DNA of 64,000 nt from Patescibacteria group bacterium (lineage in GTDB: Bacteria > Patescibacteriota > Patescibacteriia > UBA10025 > JAHIVO01). Positions 8,229 to 17,807 of the stretch are shown one piece after another (the stretch's first letter is position 1; every line of letters begins with the position of its first letter). The notes below the pieces were generated by a model. That model was not told the origin of the DNA and did not search any database. It saw only the letters and a program-made list of their open reading frames with translations. The stretch lies in the NCBI GenBank assembly GCA_028718605.1, contig JAQULM010000001.1, positions 19,244 through 83,243 of the forward strand. The letters are read 5' to 3'. Made by a program: the position numbers and the translations under genes.

Positions 8229-10984
8229 TTCTTAAACTTTTTCCCGGAACCGCAGGGACAAGGATCATTGCGCCCAACTTTTTTGCCTGCCTGCGTAACA
8301 ATATTTCCAGCTGCAGTCTGTTTTGTGCCATTTATAGTTGGCGTTGAAAATTTTTGGATTGACGATGATCGCCCTCCCACTGATGTATGTTGGTAGCCTG
8401 ACGGCTCTGGATCATCCGAAGTTTTCGCTGGAGCACTTAACTGAATTGGCGCAGAAAGTATCGGATTATCATCTACTTTTTTCTGAATCGCGACTTTAAA
8501 GATTGTATAGACAATATTTTTTTGAATATTATTCATCAATTCGTTAAACAAACGAAATGCTTCCTTTTTGTATTCAATCAATGGATCTTGCTGTCCATAT
8601 CCGCGCAAGCCGATACCGGTGCGGAGATGGTCCATCAAATCCAAGTGCTCGATCCATAGTGTATCAATTGCCCGCAAATACACAGCCTTTTCGATGGTTC
8701 GACACATGTCAGGCGAGCCGATCGCGTTTTCAAGCGAATCATACTGCAGTTGCGCGAGTGAAGCTAAATACTTGATTATCGTTGTACGCGCTTCAGCGTC
8801 TTGCTTTTTATCATGTGCGGTCTCTCTGATTTCTTCAAGTTTGATCCTATTTTTCAGATCAATAGGAAAAATGGTATCGACAATTTCGTAAATTTCGTCA
8901 AGATTCCATGCATGCTCGTCTTCGCTTGAAGTATGGAAGGAAACGATTTGATCGATTTCATGCTCAATAAGCTCCATAATTTTTTTTCGAAGCGGGATTG
9001 GTGATTTTTCTTGATCGTTTTCTTTTTCGTCAAAAACGCCTAAAATTTCTTTTCGCTTCGAATAGATAACTTCGCGATGCTTATTTATCACGTCATCGTA
9101 CTCAACCAAATGTTTCCGAATATCGAAATTGTGGCCTTCAACTTTTTTTTGCGCTGACTCAATTGATTTACTGATGATGGCATGTTCTATCGGCATGTCA
9201 TCGGGAACTCCAAGCCGATCCATCATGCTTTTGATTTTATCGGATCCAAAAATGCGCATAAGATCATCTTCTGTGGAAACAAAGAACTGCGAAGATCCTG
9301 GATCCCCTTGTCGGCCCGCACGCCCTCGCAACTGATTATCAATTCTTCTCGATTCATGCCGTTCCGTACCAATAACATGTAGTCCACCGAGTTTTACTAC
9401 TACATCGCGGTCTTCTTTAGTTCCGTCTACGCCACCAAGTACAATATCAACACCGCGGCCTGCCATATTAGTCGCGACGGTAACCGCTCCCGGTGAACCT
9501 GCATCAGCTAGAATATCAGCTTCCCGTTCGTGGTTCTTGGCATTTAACATAGCATGGCGTATGCCTTCACGTTCAAGCAATTGGCCGAGTAATTCATTTT
9601 TTTCAATCGATACGGTGCCGATTAAGATTGGCTGGCCTAGTTCATGGCGGGTCTTTATTTCGCGGACGATCGCATTATATTTTCCTGAAGCCGTTTTATA
9701 AATTGAGTCGTTCTTATCATCACGAACCATCGGCTTATTCGTTGGTATAATGACTACTTCCAGATTGTATATTTTATGCAGTTCTTCCGCTTCTGTGGCC
9801 GCGGTGCCAGTCATGCCAGAAAGCTTTTTGTATAATCTGAAGTAATTTTGAAATGTTATGGTTGCAAGGGTCCTGCTCTCTTTCTTAATATCGACTTTTT
9901 CTTTTGCTTCAATTGCTTGGTGCAAGCCTTCTGAATACCTGCGCCCAAACATGAGACGGCCGGTAAATTCATCGACGATGATAACCTCGCCTTCTTTTAC
10001 TACATAGTCACGATCTTTTTTAAACAGAGCCTTCGCGCGAAGTGCCTGTTCAATATGGTGTACGGTCTCGATGCCTTCTGCCTCGTAGATATTCTTTATT
10101 CCCAGCATTTTTTCCATTTTTGATACGCCAACCTCAGTAAGTGTCGATGCGCGCATCTTTTCATCGATATTAAAATCTGTTCCTTCTTGCAATCGTTCCA
10201 CCAGTTCCGCAAATTGGTAATACTTATCAGTGGATTCTTCGGCAGGCGCTGAAATGATAAGTGGCGTTCGCGCTTCATCAATTAATATGCTATCGACTTC
10301 GTCGACAATTGCATAATGGAGATTGCGCTGAACCATGTAGTCACGCGACGGAACCATATTATCGCGAAGATAATCAAACCCGAATTCATTATTTGTGCCA
10401 TACGTTACATCTGCAGCATATGCATCCTTACGGGCGATCGGCCGTAAGTGTTTCAGGCGTTCATCATGAAGCTGATTGTCAAGATATGCCGGATCAAAAA
10501 TAAACCCCTGCTCATGGGTTATACAGCTAACGCTGAGCCCAATCATTTCAAGTGCGATGCCATACCATCCTGCATCTCGGCGAGCAAGGTAATCATTGAC
10601 GGTAACAACATGGACTCCTTTTCCCTCAAGTGCGTTAAGATATGCCGCCATAGCTGCTGATAGTGTTTTGCCCTCGCCTGTTTTTTGCTCCGCAATCTTG
10701 CCTTCGTGCAAAGTCATCGCAGCCATTAATTGTACGTCAAACGCGCGCTGCTTAACGGTTCGCCTAATAGCTTCTCGCACCACAGCGAGTGCTTCCGGTA
10801 GAATTGCGTCAAGGGTTGCGCCATCGCGTAATTGCACTCGAAATGCTGTAGTTTTTCCTTTCAGCTGCGCATCTGTTAAAGCTGATACTGCTGGCTCCAG
10901 CGAATTTATTTTATCTACGAGCGGCTGAAATTTCTCGATAACGCGTTTGTTTGGGTCTCCAAATAGTTTGCTGAATAGTGACAT
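8207..10984 (-). CDS. secA: Preprotein translocase subunit SecA
   Basis: [45 protein letters not shown] and C-terminal SEC-C [21 protein letters not shown]. Confidence 0.99.
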   Translation of the reverse strand: [925 protein letters not shown]

Positions 10985-11022
10985 ATAGTGCTTCTTGGCT
11001 TGCCTTTATAAATAGTGCATGA

Positions 11023-11051
11023 ATTGTACATGATATCATGTAAACATTCAA
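11023..11051 (-). promoter_or_regulatory. secA promoter containing a perfect 16-bp palindrome
   Basis: Minus strand TTGAAT-N17-TACAAT; TACATGATATCATGTA at 11027-11042. Confidence 0.6.
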
Positions 11052-11088
11052 AGCACAATCAAGTTGGCGCAAGAGGATTTATTTTTTT

Positions 11089-11982
11089 TTAAAAGCCAAT
11101 ATAAACGATTTCCTCTTGAAGTTGAATACCGCTCGTATCACGCACCTGCTGTTTAATATAGCTAATGAGCGTTACAACATCTTCAGCACGGGCGTTTCCT
11201 GCATTGATAATGAAATTTGCATGCTTCTCAGACACTTGAGCACCACCAATCATTTTACCACGCAAACCTGCCTTTTCTATCAATTCCCACGCCTTTAGGC
11301 CATCGGGGTTTTTAAAAACCGAGCCAGCGCATGGATAATTCCCTGGCTGGTGCGCGCGGAGCTTAGCATACTTCGTACTTAAATTTTGTATTGCCTCAGG
11401 TGCAGCAGGGGCGAGATGAAATGTTCCACCGAGTACGACATGTGTATTTGAGTTTTTAAAAATACTACCCCGATAACTAAAATTACATGAAGCTGGGGCA
11501 AGTGATTCAATACCATTTTCCTTGGAAAAGAGAATAATCGATTCTACTATTTTTGAAATCCATTCTGTCGGGGTACCGACATTACCAACAATAGCACCGC
11601 CTATCGTCCCAGGAATGCCGGTTAAAAATTCCATTCCGCTTAAATTTTTTGAAACGCAAAATTGAATGAATTGTTGCAGCAATACACCGGATTCTACTCT
11701 GATGACATTCCCATTCTGATAAATCCCTGAATTCTCTACTTTAATTACAAGTCCCCGAAAACCTCCATCGGAAACAAGCACATTTGTCCCTTTGCCGAGC
11801 AATACATAATCAATGTTCAGCCGAATGGCTTCTTGTATAGCTGCAATAATTTCTTCATTGCTCTTCGCACGAATAAAATATGCAGCTGGCCCTCCGATTT
11901 TAAAATTCGTAAAAGGAGCAAGAACGACGTCCTGTTCTACGCCGAGTAAATGTATTGTCGACGAATCTCCCGCCTGCTTCAT
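11089..11982 (-). CDS. murB: UDP-N-acetylenolpyruvoylglucosamine reductase
   Basis: FKIGGPA, GKGTNVL, GIPGTIGGA, FSYRGS, AGSVFKNP and SEKHANF. Confidence 0.97.
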   Translation of the reverse strand: MKQAGDSSTIHLLGVEQDVVLAPFTNFKIGGPAAYFIRAKSNEEIIAAIQEAIRLNIDYVLLGKGTNVLVSDGGFRGLVIKVENSGIYQNGNVIRVESGVLLQQFIQFCVSKNLSGMEFLTGIPGTIGGAIVGNVGTPTEWISKIVESIILFSKENGIESLAPASCNFSYRGSIFKNSNTHVVLGGTFHLAPAAPEAIQNLSTKYAKLRAHQPGNYPCAGSVFKNPDGLKAWELIEKAGLRGKMIGGAQVSEKHANFIINAGNARAEDVVTLISYIKQQVRDTSGIQLQEEIVYIGF

Positions 11983-12070
11983 ATAATTGACATTTTAGCA
12001 TAATTTGGTAGGGTTCGGATAGGAGGCTTGCGTTATAGTAACAAAAGGCCTCTAGAAAAAAGGAGGAAAA

Positions 12071-12718
12071 GTGCTTTTTCAAATCATATCAGCTGTCTGC
12101 TGCTGCGTTCTTGTCTTCGTGATTTGGCGGTTTTATCGAATCCCAATTGATAAGATCGCATCAGCTGCCCGTTCGGTACCAGTAACACGCTCGTATACAA
12201 TCGAAATCCGTACACCTTGGTTCTGGCTTTTCTGCAGAAAAAGGTACGTATTCGATATCAAACCCAATGTAGCTATTGCTACGACGACGAGCGAGGATCA
12301 CTTACAGCCCAATAAACCTACTGCCGCATTATCTACAGACACCCGATACTTCCGCCATCGCCTTCCATCGAATTCAAAGGTGGTAATCGTGATCCCGCTG
12401 CCATGGTGGATTGAAATCGGCAAGCATAGGTTTGAACAAATCGAAGATTTTGTAGCTGTTCCTGCCAGCGCGAAGGGATTTGTCGAATTCCTCTCAGCTG
12501 CAGATGGGAAACCCCATGACGCCGGAGAATTCATAGTTGTGAACGAATCATTGTTCACAGTAAGAAGCCAAACGGACAATTCAATTGTTACAACGGTGAA
12601 AGCTCCCTGCTCAGGATATCTCATCAGCCTACAACTTCACGGAGGGCCAAACAGCAAGCTCGTTGAGCCAGACAGCATCGTCTTGATCATCGGCATCGCA
12701 AAGCCGGTAAAACATTGA
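12071..12718 (+). CDS. Membrane-anchored protein with C-terminal biotinyl/lipoyl-like (BCCP-like) domain lacking the modified Lys
   Basis: SD AGGAGG at 12061-12066 and GTG start; N-terminal TM; the C-terminal ~85 aa align by eye with the AccB biotinyl domain. Confidence 0.7.
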   Translation: MLFQIISAVCCCVLVFVIWRFYRIPIDKIASAARSVPVTRSYTIEIRTPWFWLFCRKRYVFDIKPNVAIATTTSEDHLQPNKPTAALSTDTRYFRHRLPSNSKVVIVIPLPWWIEIGKHRFEQIEDFVAVPASAKGFVEFLSAADGKPHDAGEFIVVNESLFTVRSQTDNSIVTTVKAPCSGYLISLQLHGGPNSKLVEPDSIVLIIGIAKPVKH

Positions 12719-12752
12719 AGCCAACGACCGTTCGTTGGCTTCTTGTATTTTT
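12717..12752 (+). terminator. Intrinsic terminator between the convergent 12071 gene and murC
   Basis: Perfect 11-bp stem GAAGCCAACGA-CCGT-TCGTTGGCTTC followed by a T-rich tract. Confidence 0.8.
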
Positions 12753-12768
12753 ATTTAACTCTGCGCTA

Positions 12769-14154
12769 CTACATTTTCAACGTTGCTTGTAAGCGCCGTA
12801 CGATGGCTTCACTTGCTTGGGTGATAGAACCGGCACCCATCGTTATGATAACTGATTCGGGCTTGGCCTTTTCACATACGAACTGAACGGCATTTTCAAG
12901 CCCGGGCTTATAATACGTATGCGTTTTCAACTTGCGTATTGACTCAACGAGGTCGTTAGAGGTATGAGCGGTCATGCCTTCACGGCCTGCGACTTTAAAA
13001 ATGTCAGTCACCACGCAATGATCACAATCATTAAATGACCGCACAAAATCATCGAATAACGTGTCGGTTCGATTACCCGAGTGAGGCTGGAAAATGCACC
13101 AAATTGTTTTATCGGGAAAATGTTGTCGCGCAGCGCGAAGGGTTGCCTTTATTTCCGTCGGGTGATGGGCATAATCATCGATGATTGTTATTCCGTTAAT
13201 CGAGCCTTTTATTTCAAACCGACGCCCGATGCCAGTGAAGTTTGATAATGAAGACGCGATGATGTGCGTATCGATGCCAAAAGAAATTGCGACGGCAGCG
13301 GCGGCAAGAGCATTCGACACGTTATGCAAACCAGGAATAAGCAAAATAATGTCGAAGTTTTCTTTGCCTTTTACCGAAAAATACGTCTGGTTATCGCGAC
13401 GGTGGATATGAGTGGCATACAGGTCACCATATTCAATCCCGAAATGAATTATTTTTGCGTGAACGCCTTGCAGAGCTTGGACGACATTTTTATCAAGAAT
13501 GTTTGCTACGATGATTCCTTCCGGCGGAACTTTCTGCACCATGGTTCGGAATGTTTCGACAATCGACTGCTCGTTTTGATAAAAATCAAGATGATCGCGT
13601 TCAATATTAGTAATGCACAGCCCAATCGGTGCGTAATGCAAAAAAGCTGCCCGATATTCGTCTCCCTCGAGTATAAAATGCTTTCCCGAGCCTACTCTGC
13701 TGCTGCCGCTTAAAAATGGTGCATTTGCGCCAATCAACACACAGGGATCTAACCCTGCATCTATGAATATTTTTGCCACCATCGCTGCGGTCGTACTTTT
13801 ACCGTGGGTACCTGCGATAACAATTGGAATCTTTCCCGCAAATAACTGAGCAACGAATTCCGGGTAGCTATACGCGGGGATGCTTTTTTTGCGAGAATAT
13901 TGCAATTCGGGATTATCTGGTGTTATCGCGTTTGAAAATACCACGCACTGTGTGTCGATTTCAACATTCTCGGCTTTATGCGGACCGATACGTATATCCC
14001 CTCCCAGTGAAACAATGCGATTTGTATTTTCGGCCGCATACAAATCAGTACCTCGGACGTGTTTGCCAAGTGCAATCAGGATTTGTGCAACACCAGACAT
14101 TCCTGATCCGCCGACGCCAATTAAATGGTATTTATTAATTTGCTGGCTATTCAT
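12769..14154 (-). CDS. murC: UDP-N-acetylmuramate--L-alanine ligase
   Basis: IGVGGSGMSG, AGTHGKSTT, EGDEY, NIERDHLDFY, DDYAHHPTEI and FQPH. Confidence 0.97.
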   Translation of the reverse strand: MNSQQINKYHLIGVGGSGMSGVAQILIALGKHVRGTDLYAAENTNRIVSLGGDIRIGPHKAENVEIDTQCVVFSNAITPDNPELQYSRKKSIPAYSYPEFVAQLFAGKIPIVIAGTHGKSTTAAMVAKIFIDAGLDPCVLIGANAPFLSGSSRVGSGKHFILEGDEYRAAFLHYAPIGLCITNIERDHLDFYQNEQSIVETFRTMVQKVPPEGIIVANILDKNVVQALQGVHAKIIHFGIEYGDLYATHIHRRDNQTYFSVKGKENFDIILLIPGLHNVSNALAAAAVAISFGIDTHIIASSLSNFTGIGRRFEIKGSINGITIIDDYAHHPTEIKATLRAARQHFPDKTIWCIFQPHSGNRTDTLFDDFVRSFNDCDHCVVTDIFKVAGREGMTAHTSNDLVESIRKLKTHTYYKPGLENAVQFVCEKAKPESVIITMGAGSITQASEAIVRRLQATLKM

Positions 14155-15221
14155 ATGCGAAGTATTTTTTGGATTTCCGATGCAATTGTTGCGGCAGCAT
14201 TCGGCTTCATTATTTTTTTTATATTCGAAACGAGCTGGTTCCGCGCCGACTCATCTCGCAGCAAACCAACGATCTTGCGGATAAAATCCTGCCGATTCTC
14301 ACTGAGACTATTAAACACAATGCATGCTTTTTGCTCAAGGCAATACCGCGCATTCAATTCTTGGTGGGAATGCGGTAAGGGAATTAAAACGGTCGGTTTC
14401 CCGAGTAATGACAGTTCGGTAATGGCGGATAATCCGCTGCGAGATACAACGATTGTCGCAGCAGCAAGCAGATCTGGCAGCTCATCGTGAATGAATTCAA
14501 ACTGGTAGTACCCATTAAATTTAATTGCGCGGTCCGCTTTTCCAACTCCGCTGAGATGTATTATCTGGCATTCTTTCAGCAGTTCTGGCAAAGACTGCCA
14601 TATAAGCTGATTAATGCTTTCAGCGCCAGTACCGCCGCCAATAACGAGCAATATCGGAAGTTTCTTGTCCAAATGAAAATGTTTATATGCATTTTGTTCA
14701 TTTCCGTGCAAAATTTGTTCACGGCACGGGTTGCCTGTCCAGATAACTTTTCGAGATGAAAAATGGTGCATCGAGCCTTCAAATGAAACCGTGATTCGGC
14801 TTGCACACCAGGCGGTTAATTTATTGGATAATGAAGGCACAATGTCTTGCTGATGGATTAATGAACGAATGCCTAGAATTGCGCCTGCCCAGATCACGGG
14901 TACTGACACAAAACCGCCAGCTCCAACAATTATTGTCGGCTTATGCTTTATTAGAATATACAAAGACTGAAAAAAGCCTACGAGTATTAACACTACATCA
15001 AGAAGGTTTTTTATATCAAAATACCTGCGTAATTTACCGGAGTATATGCCGATGTATTCAACGCCATATCCGCGCAGCAAAGAACGCTCGAGTACGCCGT
15101 GACGCGTGCCGATAAATAGCATATTCGCGCTTGGTATGCGTTTGCGGAATTCGGAAATAATTGCGATCAGCGGGACGACAGAACCGGCCGTGCCGCCGCC
15201 GACGAAGACTAATTTCATCAA
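14151..15221 (-). CDS. murG: Lipid II GlcNAc transferase MurG
   Basis: GGGTAG, GKLRRY, GGFVSVP, TGNP, GGGTGA and HQELNA; position in the dcw cluster. Confidence 0.96.
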   Translation of the reverse strand: MMKLVFVGGGTAGSVVPLIAIISEFRKRIPSANMLFIGTRHGVLERSLLRGYGVEYIGIYSGKLRRYFDIKNLLDVVLILVGFFQSLYILIKHKPTIIVGAGGFVSVPVIWAGAILGIRSLIHQQDIVPSLSNKLTAWCASRITVSFEGSMHHFSSRKVIWTGNPCREQILHGNEQNAYKHFHLDKKLPILLVIGGGTGAESINQLIWQSLPELLKECQIIHLSGVGKADRAIKFNGYYQFEFIHDELPDLLAAATIVVSRSGLSAITELSLLGKPTVLIPLPHSHQELNARYCLEQKACIVFNSLSENRQDFIRKIVGLLRDESARNQLVSNIKKIMKPNAAATIASEIQKILRI

Positions 15222-16318
15222 GTTTTCGTTTGTTTAGATATGTTTGATAAAATGCCTATCGAAAAGAATATCGTAACGAGAGCTGAACTTCCATAGCTTA
15301 CAAATGGTAACGGTATGCCAGTTAACGGAACCAGAGTCACCATGGCAGCAATATTAATAAATGCCTGTAGTACAATCCATGTCGTAATCCCAATTGCGAG
15401 AAGCCTCCCGTACGTATCTGGAGCATGCGCAGCAATCTTAAAGCCTCGAAACATTATCGTTAAAAAAAGTAATATCAAAATAATTGCAAAGACAAGTCCG
15501 AGCTCTTCGGCGACTATTGCAAAAATCGAATCACCTGTAACTTCAGGCAGGTACAGGAATTTCTGCCGTGAATGGCCAAGGCCGAGGCCAAGAATTCCCC
15601 CGCTTCCGATTGCCATCAATGCTTGGTTGATATGGTATCCGATGCCCTGAGGATCGAGGGCAGGGTTAAGAAAAATAGTAAAACGAGCGGCACGGTATGG
15701 GGCTAATTTTATTAATATAAAAAAAAGGACTACAGCGCTGCCAAAAATCCCAGCTAATTGTTTTAACGGTGCGCCTGCTGTAAAAAAAACTATCAGTCCT
15801 GTAGCGGCAATCGTTACCATCGTGCCCATATCTGGCTGGAGCATGATTAAAAAAACAATTGAGCCAAGTATTACGAGTAACGGAACGAGTCCATATGCAG
15901 GATCCTTGATACCTTCAATATTTTTTGCGAATAAGGTAGAAAGATATAAAATAAATGTTAATTTTAGGATTTCAGTAGGCTGAAACAGTGAGGGTCCGAG
16001 CTGTATCCATCGTCGAGCGCCGCCGTACGCATAGCCGATACCGGGTATGAAAACAGCAAGTAATAAAAGAATGTTAATCGCTAGAAAAGCAAACGCAAAT
16101 TTTTTCCACCGGTGATAATCTAGTTTATAGGCAAGAAAAAAACCTACCAACCCAAAACCGACACCATAGATTAATTGGTGCTTTAAAAAGTAATTACTGT
16201 CGCCAAATTTTTCAAAGGATAGTACTGAGCTCGCTGAAGCGAGCATGACAAGCCCATAGATCGCCAGTATTGCGCAGGTAATAAGGAGTGTATAATCGGG
16301 TTTATGGATGCGAATCAT
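15218..16318 (-). CDS. ftsW: SEDS peptidoglycan polymerase FtsW
   Basis: GARRWI, FQPTEILK, QPDMGT, SRQKFLYLPE..DSIFA and GIPLPFVSYG; lies between murD and murG. Confidence 0.95.
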   Translation of the reverse strand: MIRIHKPDYTLLITCAILAIYGLVMLASASSVLSFEKFGDSNYFLKHQLIYGVGFGLVGFFLAYKLDYHRWKKFAFAFLAINILLLLAVFIPGIGYAYGGARRWIQLGPSLFQPTEILKLTFILYLSTLFAKNIEGIKDPAYGLVPLLVILGSIVFLIMLQPDMGTMVTIAATGLIVFFTAGAPLKQLAGIFGSAVVLFFILIKLAPYRAARFTIFLNPALDPQGIGYHINQALMAIGSGGILGLGLGHSRQKFLYLPEVTGDSIFAIVAEELGLVFAIILILLFLTIMFRGFKIAAHAPDTYGRLLAIGITTWIVLQAFINIAAMVTLVPLTGIPLPFVSYGSSALVTIFFSIGILSNISKQTKT

Positions 16319-16323
16319 CTGAT

Positions 16324-17712
16324 TTATTTCCGTAATGCAAGGACTGCGTTTGTAAATCGATCTCCGCGATCGAACTCGTTTAAAAATAGCCCGAAGCTGG
16401 CCGCTCCCGGCGAAAGGAGAACAGTGCGTGCCGAGGGGATCTCGCCCGCCATAATAACTGCTGCTTCCATTGAACGAGCATTCGTATAGTTTCTGAATTT
16501 AGCCTTGCGAAAGTGCTTTTTAATTTTTTCGGTCGCTGTCCCGGGCAAGAGAATGCAATGCGTTACGGATCTCCTGATCGCGTCTGCGAAGGAAGAGTAA
16601 TCAAGATTTTTATCTGCACCGCCGGCAATTAAAACTGTATGAGAGTCAAAAATTTTTAATGCAGCGATTGCTGCATCAGGTGCCGTCGCCGTTGTGTCAT
16701 TGTAATATTTTTTTCTATCGATTTCGCCGATATATTCCAAACGTCCTTGAATTCCTCGAAACGTTTTTAACGCATCGCGTATGGTGCCGATTGGAACGCC
16801 ATAAATGCGGGCCGCAATCACAGCAGCAAGTATATTGCCAAGATTATGATCTCCGCGAATCTGCAGTTTTGAGGTTTGTATAACGTTCTGAAATCGTTTT
16901 TTATTACGAACAGCGATTGCTCCATGAACAATGGTTGCGTTTGCTTGGTCGTCATACGTGGCTGAATACCACCAAACTCTCGCATGAGTTTTTTTTGCGA
17001 ACCGCTTTGTATTGATATTCTGAAGATTGAGAATACAATGATCGTTCTGGCGTTGGAAACGCACGCAGTTTTCTTTAGCACGCACGTAGTTTTTACATGA
17101 CGAATAGGTATTCAGATGATCCTGCATAATATTTGTAACAATTGCCACGTGGGGCTGAAAACGCAATTTGGCGATATCTTCAAGTTGCCAGGAAGACAGC
17201 TCAAGAATTACCGGGCTGCTTGACGATACTTTATTTATAAGGAAGAGGGGCGAAACACGGATATTTCCAGCGAGATTTGCTCGGATGTGTCCAAGACGAA
17301 AAATATGCTGAAGCAAGCTCGCCGTTGTTGACTTGCCTTTTGTTCCTGTTATGGCAATGATGGGGGCATGCGTACTCTGTAAAAAAATTCCAATGTCTGA
17401 TTCTATTGGAATGTGCTGTTGGCGCGCGATCCGTAGAAATTTTGATTGCGTGCGGACACCAGGATTTTTAATTATCAAATCTTGATTTTTAAAATCTGCA
17501 ATTCGATGCCGCCCTAGTACGTATGAAATATTCTTATACTTCTTCAACGCATTCAATGCCGGTTGGAGTACTGCCGCATTCCGTAAATCAGTTACGAGCA
17601 CGTGCGCACCAGCACGAGAAAACCATTGAGCGGCACCAATACCACCTCCCTGGAGCCCAAGCCCCATAATCAGCACCCTTTTATGTTTGTAGGTATCAGC
17701 AAAAAAAGACAT
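16324..17712 (-). CDS. murD: UDP-MurNAc-L-Ala--D-glutamate ligase
   Basis: MGLGLQGGG, ITGTKGKSTT, ELSSWQLE, DHLN, NDTTAT and LSPGAASF. Confidence 0.96.
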   Translation of the reverse strand: MSFFADTYKHKRVLIMGLGLQGGGIGAAQWFSRAGAHVLVTDLRNAAVLQPALNALKKYKNISYVLGRHRIADFKNQDLIIKNPGVRTQSKFLRIARQQHIPIESDIGIFLQSTHAPIIAITGTKGKSTTASLLQHIFRLGHIRANLAGNIRVSPLFLINKVSSSSPVILELSSWQLEDIAKLRFQPHVAIVTNIMQDHLNTYSSCKNYVRAKENCVRFQRQNDHCILNLQNINTKRFAKKTHARVWWYSATYDDQANATIVHGAIAVRNKKRFQNVIQTSKLQIRGDHNLGNILAAVIAARIYGVPIGTIRDALKTFRGIQGRLEYIGEIDRKKYYNDTTATAPDAAIAALKIFDSHTVLIAGGADKNLDYSSFADAIRRSVTHCILLPGTATEKIKKHFRKAKFRNYTNARSMEAAVIMAGEIPSARTVLLSPGAASFGLFLNEFDRGDRFTNAVLALRK

Positions 17713-17736
17713 ATTCGAACAAATAATGTGGTATAT

Positions 17737-17765
17737 ACTATACCATAAATGAGCCGCCTTGCGAA
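17737..17765 (-). promoter_or_regulatory. Internal promoter upstream of murD
   Basis: Minus strand TTCGCA-N17-TATAGT with extended TG. Confidence 0.5.
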
Positions 17766-17807
17766 TACGAAGGTAAGCATAAAATGATAATCACGATGCC
17801 CTTTTCT

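Noticed and set aside
15218-16318. Alternative genetic code (TGA=Gly as in Gracilibacteria/Absconditabacteria)
   Set aside because: Conserved genes are full length under code 11, and several end at TGA in ATGA overlaps (ftsW/murG/murC, rplI/pyrG)
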